Of a stretch of 64,000 bases of DNA, positions 1 to 11,015 are shown in pieces; the first letter of the stretch is position 1; each line of letters starts with the position of its first letter. Under the pieces are notes generated by a model. It was not told where the DNA came from. It saw only the letters and a program-made list of their open reading frames with translations, and ran no database searches. The DNA comes from Glaucostegus cemiculus (lineage: Eukaryota), in NCBI GenBank assembly GCA_976551045.1, contig CDPCPM010000146.1, positions 1-64,000 of the forward strand, given 5' to 3'. The translations under genes and the position numbers were made by a program.

Positions 1-52
1 TCCCCCCCCCTCCCCCCTCTCCCCCCCCTCCCCCCGGAGCCGCCTGGGGCCC
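1..52 (-). repeat. G-run tract at the start of EXOSC3 intron 1 (G-quadruplex potential)
   Basis: Plus strand is runs of C6-C9, just downstream of the minus-strand splice donor. Confidence 0.6.
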
Positions 53-61
53 GCCGCTCAC

Positions 62-273
62 CCTCCTCTTCTGCTGCGAATCCACCCAGTACACCCGAGG
101 GCTCCTTGTGCCTCAGAATCCCCGACTTACAGGCAGCCAGGCCCAGCCCGGATCCCTGCCGCCGCAGGGGCCCGGCCCGCAGAGGACCTTGGCGCTGTGT
201 GCGCGGCCGGGAAAGTCAGCAGGTCCCCGGCCAGCACCGCGTCCCCCACGGCCTCGGCCGCGCAGCGCGCCAT
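62..273 (-). CDS. EXOSC3: EXOSC3 (RRP40, RNA exosome cap subunit) coding exon 1, with 3 apparent frameshifts; gene continues leftward out of the window
   Basis: ATG at 273-271 in strong Kozak context (GACAGCATGG). Stitched frames read MARCAAEAVGDAVLAGDLLTF / KVLCGPG / LRRQGSGLGLAACKSGILRHKEP / VYWVDSQQKR(R), matching vertebrate EXOSC3 (RVVCGPGLRR..KCGRLRHKEP..VYWVDSQQKR). A GTGAGC donor follows at 61-56, where human exon 1 also ends. Confidence 0.92.
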
Positions 274-548
274 GCTGTCGGCCCACGTGACCACCCGGCC
301 CGTCCGTGACGTCACACCATTCCGTCACTCGACCGCTCGGACGCGGCAGGCCAGACTCCCCCACACCGGGCCAATCAGCATCCCTGAGACCACACGCGGG
401 GGGAGGGCGTCATTTTATGTGACGTCACGTCACTTTCCAACGGTGATTTGGGAACAGACCCCGCCCCCGTGACGTCAACGGACCGGGTGGCGCGCATGTG
501 AGTGAGCTTGAGGCGCAGCCCTGTGAATTTATATAGCGACCGGGCCTG

Positions 549-1347
549 TGTTGGTGTTGGTTTATTATTGTCACTTGTACTGAGGTACAGCGAAAAACTT
601 GCCTTACAAACTGATCGTACAGGTCAATTCATTACACGGTGCAGTTACATTGGGTCAGTACAGAGTGCACTGAGGTAGTACAGGGTAAAAACAGTAACAG
701 TGCAGAGTAAAGTGTCCCAGCTACAGAGAAAGTGCAGTGCAATAAGGTGCAAGGTCACAACAAGGTAGATCGTGAGGTCATAGTCCATCTCATTGTATAA
801 GGGAACCGTTCAATAGTCTTATCACAGTGGGGCAGAAGCTGTCCTTGAGCCTGGTGGTACGTGCCCTCAGGCACCTGTATCTTCTACCCGATGGAAGAGG
901 AGAGAAGGGAGGATGTCCCGGGTGGGGTGGGGGTCTTTGATTATGCTGGCCGCTACACCGAGACGACGAGAGGTAAAGACAGAGTCCCAAGGGGGGAGGC
1001 TGGTGTCCCTGATGCGCTGGGCTGTGTCCACAACTCTCTGCAGCTTCTTGCGGTCCTGGGCAGAGCAGTTGCCGTACCAAGCCGTGATACAGCCGGATGG
1101 GATGCTTTCTATGGTGAATCGACATAAGTTGGTGGGAGACAAAAGGGGACAAACCAAATTTCTTTAGCCTCCTGAGGAAGTAGAGGTGCTGGTGAGCTTC
1201 CTTGGCTGTGGCATCTATGTGATTTGACCAGGACAGGCTGTTCGTGATGTTCACTCCCAGGAACTTTAAGCTCTCAACTTTCTCAACCTCAGCACCATTG
1301 ATGTAGACAGGTTCACGTACACCGCCTCCTTTCCTGAAGTCAATGAC
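549..1347 (-). mobile_element. Rex1/Babar-type non-LTR retrotransposon, 5'-truncated (subfamily A)
   Basis: ORFs 790-1401 and 867-1157 give VIDFRK..INGAEVEKVESLKFLGVNITNSLSWS..LYFLRRLKKFG..YRCLRARTTRLKDSF. The 3' end has AATAAA plus an ACCAAC tail. Closely similar to 41051-42410. Confidence 0.9.
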
Positions 1348-1691
1348 TTTATTTCGGAAACGACATAGAGGGTTACAAAATATCATGTACTTCTCAAGCA
1401 AAGATTACAAACTCCCTATGTTCTTGCTGTGCAACTGCTGTTGCCCTCTGGTCAAATGCTCCTTCTCAGTGGACATTCAGACACCAACAAGGTCAAATGA
1501 GGAGCAGGGCATCAGGGTGGGAGAAAACCCGGACTCCACTCCAGGAACACAGGTTCATCGACTGGCCCAGCCTCCCTCTGCACTGACTGCCCAAAGGTCA
1601 AGGGCATGAACCAAAATGAGAAACATTTCCCCCACTACCCAAAGGGGAGCTGTGTAACTAAGGACCCTTCATCCTGGCTACAGAAATTACT

Positions 1692-1920
1692 GGAGACACA
1701 AGGGACTGCAGGTGCTGGAATCTGGAGCAACAAACAAAATGCTGGAGGAACTTGGCGGGTAGGGCATCAGCTGTGGAGGGAAATGGACAGTCAATGTTTT
1801 GGGTGGAGAGCCTTCATCTGATGAAGAGGTGAAGGGTCTTGACTGGAAACGTCAATTGTCCATGTCCCTCCACAGGTGATGCCGTATCCTCTGAGCTCTT
1901 CCAGCATTTTGTTTGTTGCT
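1692..1920. mobile_element. Palindromic non-autonomous Penelope-derived element with decayed hammerhead motifs
   Basis: Arms AGCAACAAACAAAATGCTGGA.. and ..TCCAGCATTTTGTTTGTTGCT are reverse complements. The centre has CTGATGA (1818-1824)...GAAACGTC (1846-1853). Flanking direct repeat GCTACAGAAATTA at 1677-1689 and 1918-1930. Confidence 0.75.
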
Positions 1921-1994
1921 ACAGAAATTATTGGTAGTCTGGGACTCCGTAAGCCATAAAAATTGTTTGGGCTGTCATTTTGTTGGCTATAAGG

Positions 1995-2390
1995 AGAAGT
2001 TGGACAAACTTGAATTGGAGGCTTAGGGGAGACCTGATAGAAGTTTATAAATATTATGTGAAGCATATGTACAGTGGATAGTCAAAGTCTTTTTCCTAGT
2101 GTGGAAATGTCAAAAACCTGAAGGAGTAGGTTTAAGGTGTTGAGGGGGGGAAAATTTAAAGGAGATTTGTGAAGTGAATTTTTTTTACACAGAAATTGGT
2201 AGATGTCTGGGATGCACTGCTAGAGGAGAAGGAAAACACAGATGTGATGGTGGCATTTAAGAGGCATTTAGGGTAGGAACATGAACATGCAGGTATGGGC
2301 TGACATAGATCATAGGCAAGCAGATGGGATTACCATGGTCGGCACAGATATTGTGGGCCGTAGGGCCTGTTCCTGTGCTGTTTTGCACAA
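1995..2390 (+). mobile_element. CR1 LINE 3' fragment
   Basis: RGDLIEVYKI-coding segment and CR1 3' stem-loop GGGCCGTAGGGCCTGTT. Confidence 0.85.
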
Positions 2391-2939
2391 TGTCACGTGT
2401 ACCATTTTCCCTACCAGGTTCCCAGGTGAAGGGGGAGGATTCCTGCAATGAAAGCCTCAAATTGTTGTCCTGCACTTTGCCATCGGCTACCTACGTAGGA
2501 TCAGGTGGAGAGCTGGAGATCAAAGACCAGCCCAGGAGCCTGACCAGAAATGAGCAATGGTTGGGAACTGCCGGCCACCGCCACAGTCATTCAGAGATCA
2601 GCAGCCCAGCTGAGCTCAGGAAGCACCACTTGCTCATATTTGCATTCACAGCAGCAAGCTGCTGGTACTATAACTCTAAAATATGGTACTGTTTTCTCAG
2701 CACCTTGCTTGCTCCCCCTCCCTACATTCCTGTTGCTGCAGCATTACTGAACTGCAGCTATGATTCAAATACTTATGGGAATCATCTGATATTATTAAAT
2801 AAGTTTTAACACATTTTGAGGAGCTCTTGAGTATGTTGTCTCCGATTTTTTTGAACTTCTATATAAAGATATGACATGTCCTCATCATCCGCCAAAAAAG
2901 CAGCCCCTTAAAAAGAAATTGTTTCTTCGATGGTGCCCA

Positions 2940-3750
2940 AGCAAAAACAGAATTGCCACAAATATTCAGCAGGTCAGGCAAGATCTGTAGGGAATGAAAC
3001 AGAGTCAATGTTTCAGGGTAATAGTCCTTCATCAAAAGTGGAAAATTGAGAAAATGAACATGCTTTAAATTGCATAAAGTGAGGGGGAAAGAGAGGACAG
3101 GGTGAATATCTGATAGGGTGCTGACCAAAGTTATCAAGGTAACTGTTACTTGAAATACTGACAGAGATGAGGAAAGCAACAAATTGAAACTGTAAAATCC
3201 AGCAACATCTGTAGAGAGAAATAAAAATTGTTGAATTCAGTAGAGAGTCTGTAGAATATACCCAGACAGAAGATGAGGTGCTCTTTCTGGAACTTAGGAC
3301 GGGTATCATTGGAACAGCATTGGAGGCCAAAGACAAAGTGAGAGAGGAATAGAGAATTAAAGAGATGGGCCATTAGAAGCTCAGGGTCATTCTTGCAGAC
3401 TGAATAAATAGTATTCTGCAAAGTGATCACCAAATCTTCATTGCCTTCCTCAATGTAGAGGAGACCACACTGTGAACACCGAATGCAGTACACTAACTTG
3501 GAAGAAATGCAAGCAAACTGCTGCTTCACCCGGGAGGCCTTTTTGGGTCCCTGGATGGAGAGAAGGGAAGAGATAAATGAGCAGGTATTGCATCTGCTAT
3601 AACTATATGGGAAAGTTCAGTGAGAAGGGGAGTAGTTGGGGAACCAGGGAGCTGTGGATGAAACATCCGCTTCAGTATGTGGAAAAGGGTGGAAGGGCAA
3701 GGTGTATCTGGTGGTGGAATGCTATTGAACGCAGAGTCTTGTTGCTGGAC
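2940..3750 (-). mobile_element. Penelope-like element (Neptune-type): degenerate GIY-YIG endonuclease plus 3' pLTR with hammerhead remnant
   Basis: ORF 3146-3529 reads KQQFACISSKLVYCIRCSQCGLLYI..SVCKNDPELLMAHLFNS (PLE GIY-YIG with Cys motif). Minus strand TTGATGA-AGG-actatta-CCCT-GAAA near 3035-3010. Confidence 0.85.
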
Positions 3751-4214
3751 TTTGTATGAAGAGAAAAGAAACTCACATTTTAACTCCCCCTCTGCCCCCC
3801 CCCCCCCCCCCACCTCCCTTCCCTTCTTCCTAAAGGCACTGAATTCCACTGGGCACAGTTCTTTGGGTCCAGCCAATTTCTGGATATCTAATCCAAGTAC
3901 TTCAATCCGTAGTTATGGCCACGTCTTAAAATTGCCTAAGTGGTAAGTGAGTTTTAAGGACCAGGTATTATAGTGCCATTCTGCAAGGGCACACAATGTG
4001 ATCTGTCTGAAATTCAAGACCAGTCTCAATTGTGATCAATGTCCTGATCTTGATATTTATGAATGAGAGAAATATAATCAGCGAGCTATGCAACAGCATG
4101 ATTCGAAGAAACACTAGCACACAAGAGCTGCAAGAAGAGTTGAAACCCCAACCCACCATTTGTAAATTGAAATGACTGAAATGTTGTACCCACGTGCCAC
4201 ATTCTTTAAACATC

Positions 4215-4300
4215 AGCTCTGATTAAGGTCCCAGACTTAAAATATTAACTTGCTCTTTCCACTATGCTGCCTGATATCCACCATTTTTTACTTTTATCTC
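4215..4300 (+). mobile_element. Short old Penelope pLTR fragment
   Basis: CTGATTAAGGTCCCAGACTTAAAATATTAAC..GCTGCCTGA, a decayed version of the pLTR/hammerhead motif. Confidence 0.4.
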
Positions 4301-5104
4301 TTTAAAGATGAGGTATTTTGCTGAACCCTGTTTATTGGAACACTGAGAGAAGGAATGTCACCAGTTAATTTTGTGTTGGAGAGACCATCCTCTGTTTTGG
4401 TACAGAGTGCACTGTGTAATACAGGACCCTTAGCAGTCCCATAAATATTGTGCCATTCACATCAGCATAATGTTTCAAGGTACTTCAGAAACAAATTCAA
4501 GGAAAATGACATAGCACCAGTGTAATAGAAAACCTAACTGGAAACATGGAGTTTAAGAAGACTTATATATGTTAATGGGGAGTTAAAGGAGTTTCTGTAA
4601 TTTGGGAACTGGTTGCAGAAAGGTATGCTATCAATAGTGGTTGAAGGGCAGGCCAGAGGAATGGGCGAATGGCCAGTTAAAGCTTTCAGAGGAAGTGAGG
4701 TAAAGGAATTTAGCAGTTTGAGAATGAAGAACTATTGTAGGACAGCAGGTTTCTGGATGATGGACAAGAAGATGTTGTAAATATGTAGGAGATTATGGAG
4801 TGTGGGGGATAAGGAGGAAGCAAGGAGAGCACTGGAAAAGCTTGGAGATAATTAAAGCATATAGGTTTCGATAGTCTAAGGGCCTTAGGCCGAGGAAGAT
4901 AAAGTTGCAGAGGTCATTTGGAGCGAACGTGTGGTCTGAAGCTCAGCAAGTGGTAATTGACAGTCTGGATCAGGGAAATTGGGATCAGTGGTAAGATATG
5001 ATTGTCAATCTTCCAGGCTTTTCTGCAGTCTCAAGACATTCTCCAAGGAATCTTGGAGGGAAAGAAAAGCATCCTAGGGAGAGTAAACTGAATTCTGTTT
5101 TGTT

Positions 5105-5750
5105 TTATTGAAATTCCAAAGCTTGGGATTTGTGGCAGAAACTGAGAAATTGAAAGAAAGGGATGGTGTCCTTACAGGAGATAGGGTAGGAGGTGGTGTC
5201 GTCAAGATAGCTGTGGGAATCTGCAGGTTTATAGTGGATACCAGCAAGATAGTTTGTCTCAAGAGATGGAAACAGAGAGAGCCAGAAGAGGAAGGGAAGT
5301 GTCAGAAATAGTCCAGGCGAACTTGACATGGTGGAAATTAGAGGCAAAGCTGATAAAATTGACAAGTTCTGCATGAATTCAGGAAGGAGCATCAATGAAG
5401 TTGTCAGTATAGCAGGTGAAGAGTTGGGGCAGGGTGCCAGAGTAGCTTTGGAAGCAGGAGTGTTCCACGTAGCCAACAAAAAGACAGGCATAGCTAGGGC
5501 CCATGCAAGTGCACCTGGCTACATGTTTGATTTGTAGAAAGTGGGAGGAATTGAAAGAAAAGTTGTTCAGGGTAAGAAGAAGTTCTGCCAGGCAGATGAG
5601 AGTGTTGGTGAGGTGAGGCAGGTTGGGGGCAGGGGAATGCTGTTTAGGTCTTTGTTCCAGAAGGAAGCAGAGGGCCTTAAGACTTTCCTGATAGGGGATA
5701 GAAGTGTGGAGAGACTGAATGTCCATGGTGAAGATGAGGCGGTTGGGACT
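5105..5750 (-). mobile_element. Penelope-like element reverse transcriptase fragment
   Basis: ORF 5379-5726 MDIQSLHTSIP..LAELLLTLNNFSFNSSHFLQIK..MGPSYACLFVGYVE..YTDNFI matches PLE RT motifs (YIDD decayed). Probably the same element as 2940-3750. Confidence 0.88.
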
Positions 5751-6102
5751 GGAAAGGGTGTGGGGAGAGGGGTGGAATTGTGGACACGGATGGTGGAGAA
5801 TAACTTAATCCTAACCTCTGCTTCTTGATGAACTGAAGGTGGGAAAAATTGAAGTCTTTTGACAGATGGAATTTACACCATACTTCGCCTTAAACACTTT
5901 TAGAACCAGTAAAGCCATTCAAACCTTCTCTGCACTCTTCGCTCAGAAGAAAGGTGGGGGATAGGGTGGTGGCTAAACACACAGAAAGAGAGAAGATGAG
6001 AAGATGGAGCAAAGATCAGAAAGCAAGTAAAGGGAATTAATTAAAGTTTGACTGGGGCACTGAAGAGAAAGAGCAGGCAATAAATAGGAAGGAAGAAAAG
6101 GA

Positions 6103-6312
6103 AGACTTGCATTTCAATGATATCTTTTTCTGATTCCTTTCACAATGTCCCAAAGTTCTCTAAAGTCCATGAAGTACTTTGGATGCATAATAGTTACAAA
6201 GGAAACATAGCTGCTTAAGTTGCACACAGCAAATTACTCAAACTGCAATGTGATAACAACTAGGTACTCCCCATTAGTAAGGTTGAGTGAAAGATAACTA
6301 TTGGCCAGGGCA
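6103..6312 (-). mobile_element. Old SacSINE1/Deu-type SINE 3' part
   Basis: Reverse strand matches the Deu-SINE 3' region (..CCTGGCCAATA..TGCTGTGTGCAA..AAGTACTTCAT..TTTGGGACAT..AAATGCAAG). Confidence 0.6.
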
Positions 6313-7274
6313 GACAAAATGGATAGAGAGGTAAAAGAAAGATTAGCAATGAAAATGTGACAGAGACAATGAGGATGACACAAAGATCGGATCAATGGAG
6401 AACTCGGTTAGAAAATTCACAGAAGCTTATCATGCACATTATTAAAAATATTGCATCTAGAGAGCAGTTTCTATGTGGCAATCTGGGTCATGCTCTTTGA
6501 ATCTACATTCGATTTGTCTGTGTACTGTAATGGAGAAGGATCCTTGATGAACATGCTAACGTTAATAAAGCAACAATTCCCACGAAAAGTTATATTTGTT
6601 TATAGAGGAATCAATGGAAAAATGCAGAATCATTTTGAGAAGGAAAACATTCACCACTTTCTCAGTAAGTTCAGGTACAAAATTCCAAAAGTCAGACTTT
6701 AAATATTCTTTAAAGTAAGGTATTCAATTGATTTCTTGAATCAATATTTTGCATCCTTTAATACTTTCACCTAGACTTCAGTGTGAAATTTTGTCTAGAT
6801 AGGTGGCGCTGTTAGCTAGACAAATCCTGCAGACTAATCACAAGTACACACTGTCTTAGAATTCACTAGTAGCATTTAATACAGCCAAGAAAATGAACGT
6901 TACTTAGTGTTTAATACAAAAAAATCTATTTGGTTGATTTTCAAAATAATTTTAATAGCTAGGGGAGACATTTCAAAATCTTAACTCTGAAGAAGTTTGG
7001 AATGTTTCTGTATTGTATGTGTCTGTTAGAATGAATTTTGGGAATTCAATAATAATCACACATTTTACTGGCACCTAATTTTAAATATCTTAGAATAAAC
7101 CTCTGACAGCATATTAAGTTGAGGTAGACAAGATGAAAGGAAATGGGTTTTCATTGCGTCCATCTTGACCCACTTCCAGCATTGCTGCTAGCTCTGTTTT
7201 ATTCCTAACCTTGACTCTTCGGATCTCTTCCTAGTTCCTGCCTGTGCTATTCATTCCCTTCGTCATCTATAACT

Positions 7275-7655
7275 CACCTTTGAGCTAGAAGGTAGAGGTT
7301 CAACTCTTATTCCAGAGACTTGAGCACGTATTCTAAGGCTGACATTCTAGTGGAACATGGAAGGAGTAAAATGCTATCAGTGTGCCACCTTTTTAATTAG
7401 ACTTTAAACCAATACACCATCGGCTCTCCCAAGTGGACATAAAAGATTCAGTAATACTATTTCGTAAAGCAAGAATTCTTACGGATTTCCTTATACTATA
7501 TCATTCATCATCTTATCACTGTTTGGGGGTGCCTGTGGTATGCAAATCTATTGCACTATTTTCTGCATTACAATATTAACTACACTTCAAAAGTAATTGG
7601 CTTTAAAGTTGTCTTAGAATTCCAGAGCCTAACTGCTAAAAAATTACAAATGATG
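7275..7655 (+). mobile_element. Old SacSINE1/AmnSINE-like (Deu-domain) SINE
   Basis: tRNA-like head (GGTTCAAC..CCAGAGACTTGAGCAC), Deu core (AAGTGGACATAAAAGAT) and ACTACACTTCAAAAGTA 3' part. Confidence 0.65.
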
Positions 7656-8934
7656 TTTTAAGGTAGCTTTTGCTTATCTATTTAATTTCTAAAATAAAAC
7701 TTTGCCAGCACTTGTTGGGCCCCTGACTGTTGTACTAACTTTTAATAAAAATGTGTCTTTGCTTCTCCCCCAAGTTAGCCTCAGCTCCTGGCTCCCCTCC
7801 CACTGAACATTTAAAAAAAACTCCCGTGTTTGTTGGCCCCACTCATGCTTTAGAGGTTCTATTTTCATTGCTGAATTTAAGAAGACCCCACTACTCCTTT
7901 CAGTCTGGAGATAACGAAAGCAAAAACATGGGAAGGTAGGATCAAAAGTAGTCTTATTAGCTCCAATAACCTTGTTCCGCCATTCAAAGAAATTATGTCT
8001 GAGCTGTGACTCCATTTTATACCTTAGATTTTTGTTAACTACAAATATTATCATTTTCAAATGTAATACTAACAATTGATCTAGTATCAATTGCCCTTTG
8101 GGGAGGAGAGTTACAATTTCAATCAGTCTCTGCATGCAGAAATGTTTCCTAACTTCACCTGTCAGGATTAACTCTAAACTTACACTATATCCCCTAGTCA
8201 TAGACGCCACAACCCCCAGGAAACTTTGCTATCTATTTACTCTATTGATTCCTTGTAATGCTGTGAAAGTTTCACTCAAATCAGATCTTAATGTTTTTCC
8301 TGGGCTATCTGATTCAGCCTGAATAAGCTGCAAGGAAATAGGATGAAATTGCATTAAAGGTGCAGAGATTTTTGCAGGAACCAGAACACGATGGCTTTGG
8401 CTCATTCAGAGAAATGCTTGGCTCATGTCCATGCAAATATTCTGACTACCAAATGATTGCATTGCTGATCAAAATATGAAGTATTTTTGTGAATTCCCTG
8501 AGCAAAACCAAGGTACGTACATCTTCATGGGTGAAAGTGGATGTTTTAGTTGTCTCTGAAGGCTGGAATGTCTCCTGTTTTCTCATCCTCAGCTGAGTCT
8601 TCCAGTTGGAGCAGAAAGACAAAAGTTCAGGGATGCACGTCTATCATAGTTTCATTTGTAACTGCTGTTAATTGCACAAAATCATGGAAAAGCTTTGAAT
8701 TCTGTGAGATTCATTTGGAAAATGTGAACCATGAAAATGCTGTCTGAAAGTTATTCCACTCTCTGAATGGGATGTGATCATTGCTATTGTCTTAATTTTT
8801 CAACAGTTCTGATGTGACCATTTAATTTTGGAATATGCATTTGTGAGGGGAATATAAAAGTCAAATTGTGTTTTCTTCGGGACAAATAATAATTTAAAAA
8901 ATGAAGTATCTCAAGGTGCTTCGCAGAAATATCA

Positions 8935-9231
8935 AGAATAAGATCTTTATTAGTCACATGTGCATCGAAACACACAGTGAAATACATCTTTTGCGTAGTA
9001 ATTTTTGGGGGGCAGCCCGCAAGTGCCGTCACGCTTCCGGCGCCAACATAGCATGCCCACAACTTCCTAACCTGTACGTCTTTGGAATGTGGGAGGAAAC
9101 CGGAGCACCTGGAGGAAACCCACACAGACAAGGGGAGAACGTACAAACTCCTTGCAGACAGCAGCGGGAATTGAACCCGGGTCGCAGGCGCTGTAATGCA
9201 TTGTGCTAACGACTATGCTACCGTGCCGTCC
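8935..9231 (-). mobile_element. V-SINE family B (tRNA head + V-domain + Rex1-like tail)
   Basis: GGCACGGTAGCATAG head, B-box GGTTCAATTCC, V-domain GTGGGTTTCCTCCAGGTGCTCCGGTTTCCTCCCAC, tail TTTCACTGTGTG..CATGTGACTAATAAAG. Confidence 0.88.
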
Positions 9232-9614
9232 TATACAATATATTATGGAGACAAGGTCAAGACCTAGGTTTTAAAGAGCAAATTAAAAGACTCTTTATAG
9301 ATAGTTGGAAAAATTTAGCAAGGGGATTCCAGTGGTTAGAGCTAATGCAACCGGAGGCATGCCTGCCAGTGGTATGTCAAAAAATTGTATGCATAATAGA
9401 GTGAGGAAATTGTCCGGGTTTGCAGGGTTGTTAGCGTTTACAAAGTCGTGCTGTGTTTGTAACATGAGTTACTGATGATAGCTAGCTGTTCTTGAAAGCT
9501 GACAGTAATGTGCTTTCTCTTGGTTGGAGTAGCTGGCAAGACTGACAGCTTGGGTATTAGAGTCCTTTGTGCAGATGGTCACAATGCAGTGACTTTTTAC
9601 TTAGGGATATGGAA

Positions 9615-11015
9615 GTATGGTGGTTAAATTATCAGACTTGTATCTGAGACCTGGGTTACAGATCTGGAGACATGAGTTTGAATCCCACTCGTTAGTTGAG
9701 GAATTTAAATTTAGGTAATTAAACAAAATTGGAATATAAAGCTAACATCAGCAATGATATTTGATTGATATAAAAGCCCATCTGATTCACTAATGTCAGT
9801 TAGGGAAGAAAGCTATCATCATTAGCTGGTCTGGTCCATATTTAACTCCACACCCCTGATTGAACCATAGAACAATACAGCACAAAACAGGCCCTTTGGC
9901 ACACCAAGTTGTGCCATCCTTCAAATGTCGCACAATCTAACTCTTTCCTCCCACATATCCCACTATTCCACATTCCTCCATATGCCTATTTAACAATCTC
10001 TTGAACCTGTCCAACGTATCTGCCTCTACCACCACCCCAGGCAGCGCATTCCATGCGCCAACCACTCTCTGGGTGAAAAACTTCCCTCTGACATCTCCCC
10101 TGAACTTTCCACCCAATATCTTAAAGCCATGCCCTCTCATCTTGAGCATCTGTGCTCTGGGAAAGAGGCGCTGGCTGTCAACTCTATCTATTCCTCTCAA
10201 TATCTTATACACCTCTATCAAGTCCCCTCTCATCCTCCTCCTCTTGAACGAGTAAAGCCCTAGCACCTTAAGCCTCTCCTCATGTTCTATACCCTCTATC
10301 ATCCTGGTAAATCGCCTCTGTACCCTCTCCAATGCCTCTACATCCTTCCTATAATGCGGCGACCAGAACTGAACACAATACTCTAAGTGCAGTCTAACTA
10401 GAGTTTTGTAAAGCAGCATCATCACCTCTCGGCTCTTGAACTCATTCCCACAATTTATAAAAGCTAACATGCCAAGTACCTTGCCATTTACCTCGTACTC
10501 TGCCCTGGAGTTTGTCCTACCAAAGTGCACCACCTCACACTTCTCCGGATTAAACTCCATCTGCCACCTGTCTGCCCAGCTCTGCATCCTATCAATATCC
10601 CTCTGTAAGCTCCGACAGTCCTCCACACTATCCACCACACTGCCGATTTTGGTGTCATCCACAAACTTACCAACCCATCCTTCCACTCCTTCATCTAAGT
10701 CATCTATAAATATAACAAAGAGTAGAGGTCCCAGAACCGATCCCTGAGGGACACCACTAGTCACAGCCCTCCAATCCGAGGGCACTCCCTCCACCACAAC
10801 CCTCTGCTTTCTACAGGTAAGCCAATTCCTGATCCACACAGCCAACCTCCCCTGGATGCCTTGACCTCTGACCTTCTGAAGAAGCCTGCCATGAGGAACC
10901 TTATCGAGTGCCTTACTAAAATCCATGAACCGATTGTAACTGCTATCTGAATAGCCTCAGCTCAGAGAGCTTTTAGGAACAGACAGCAAATGCTGATCTT
11001 TCCAGTAACATCCAA
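9615..11015 (+). mobile_element. Old tRNA-derived SINE with L2-like tail, split by a CR1 insertion (pieces ~9615-9860 and ~10932-11015)
   Basis: GAGTTTGAATCCCAC B-box, CCCATCTGATTCACTAATGTC body, AAATGCTGATCTTTCCAG L2-type end resuming after the CR1. Confidence 0.5.
9863..10931 (-). mobile_element. CR1 LINE, 5'-truncated, with internal deletions
   Basis: 329-aa ORF 9937-10926 with MDFSKALDKVPH..SGVPQGSVLGPLLF..FVDDTK. About 100 bp (GSVEEQRDLG..KAY) is missing relative to the 47-kb copy. Confidence 0.95.

Larger units (their letters stand above)
1..545. promoter_or_regulatory. CpG island / EXOSC3 promoter
   Basis: Very GC- and CpG-rich against an AT-rich remainder. CACGTG 284-289; TGACGTCA 307-314, 420-427, 470-477; CCAAT 371-375; GC box CCCCGCCCCC 459-468; NRF1-like GCGCATG 492-498; TATATAAA on the minus strand at 535-528. 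Confidence 0.85.

Noticed and set aside
106-472. Several GC-rich ORFs on both strands
   Set aside because: Shadows of the CpG island. Only parts of the two minus-strand ORFs belong to EXOSC3 exon 1.
790-1401. 203-aa ORF resembling the DUF1891/ALKBH8 N-terminal motif (LYFLRRLKKF)
   Set aside because: It is the C-terminal part of a Rex1/Babar RT present about 10 times in the window, not a host gene.
2324-2809. 161-aa ORF
   Set aside because: Starts inside a CR1 tail, has no recognisable domain and shows no convincing exon structure.
7689-8210. 173-aa minus-strand ORF
   Set aside because: Partly decayed CR1 3' sequence (RKHFCMQR..LLP); no host protein similarity recognised.
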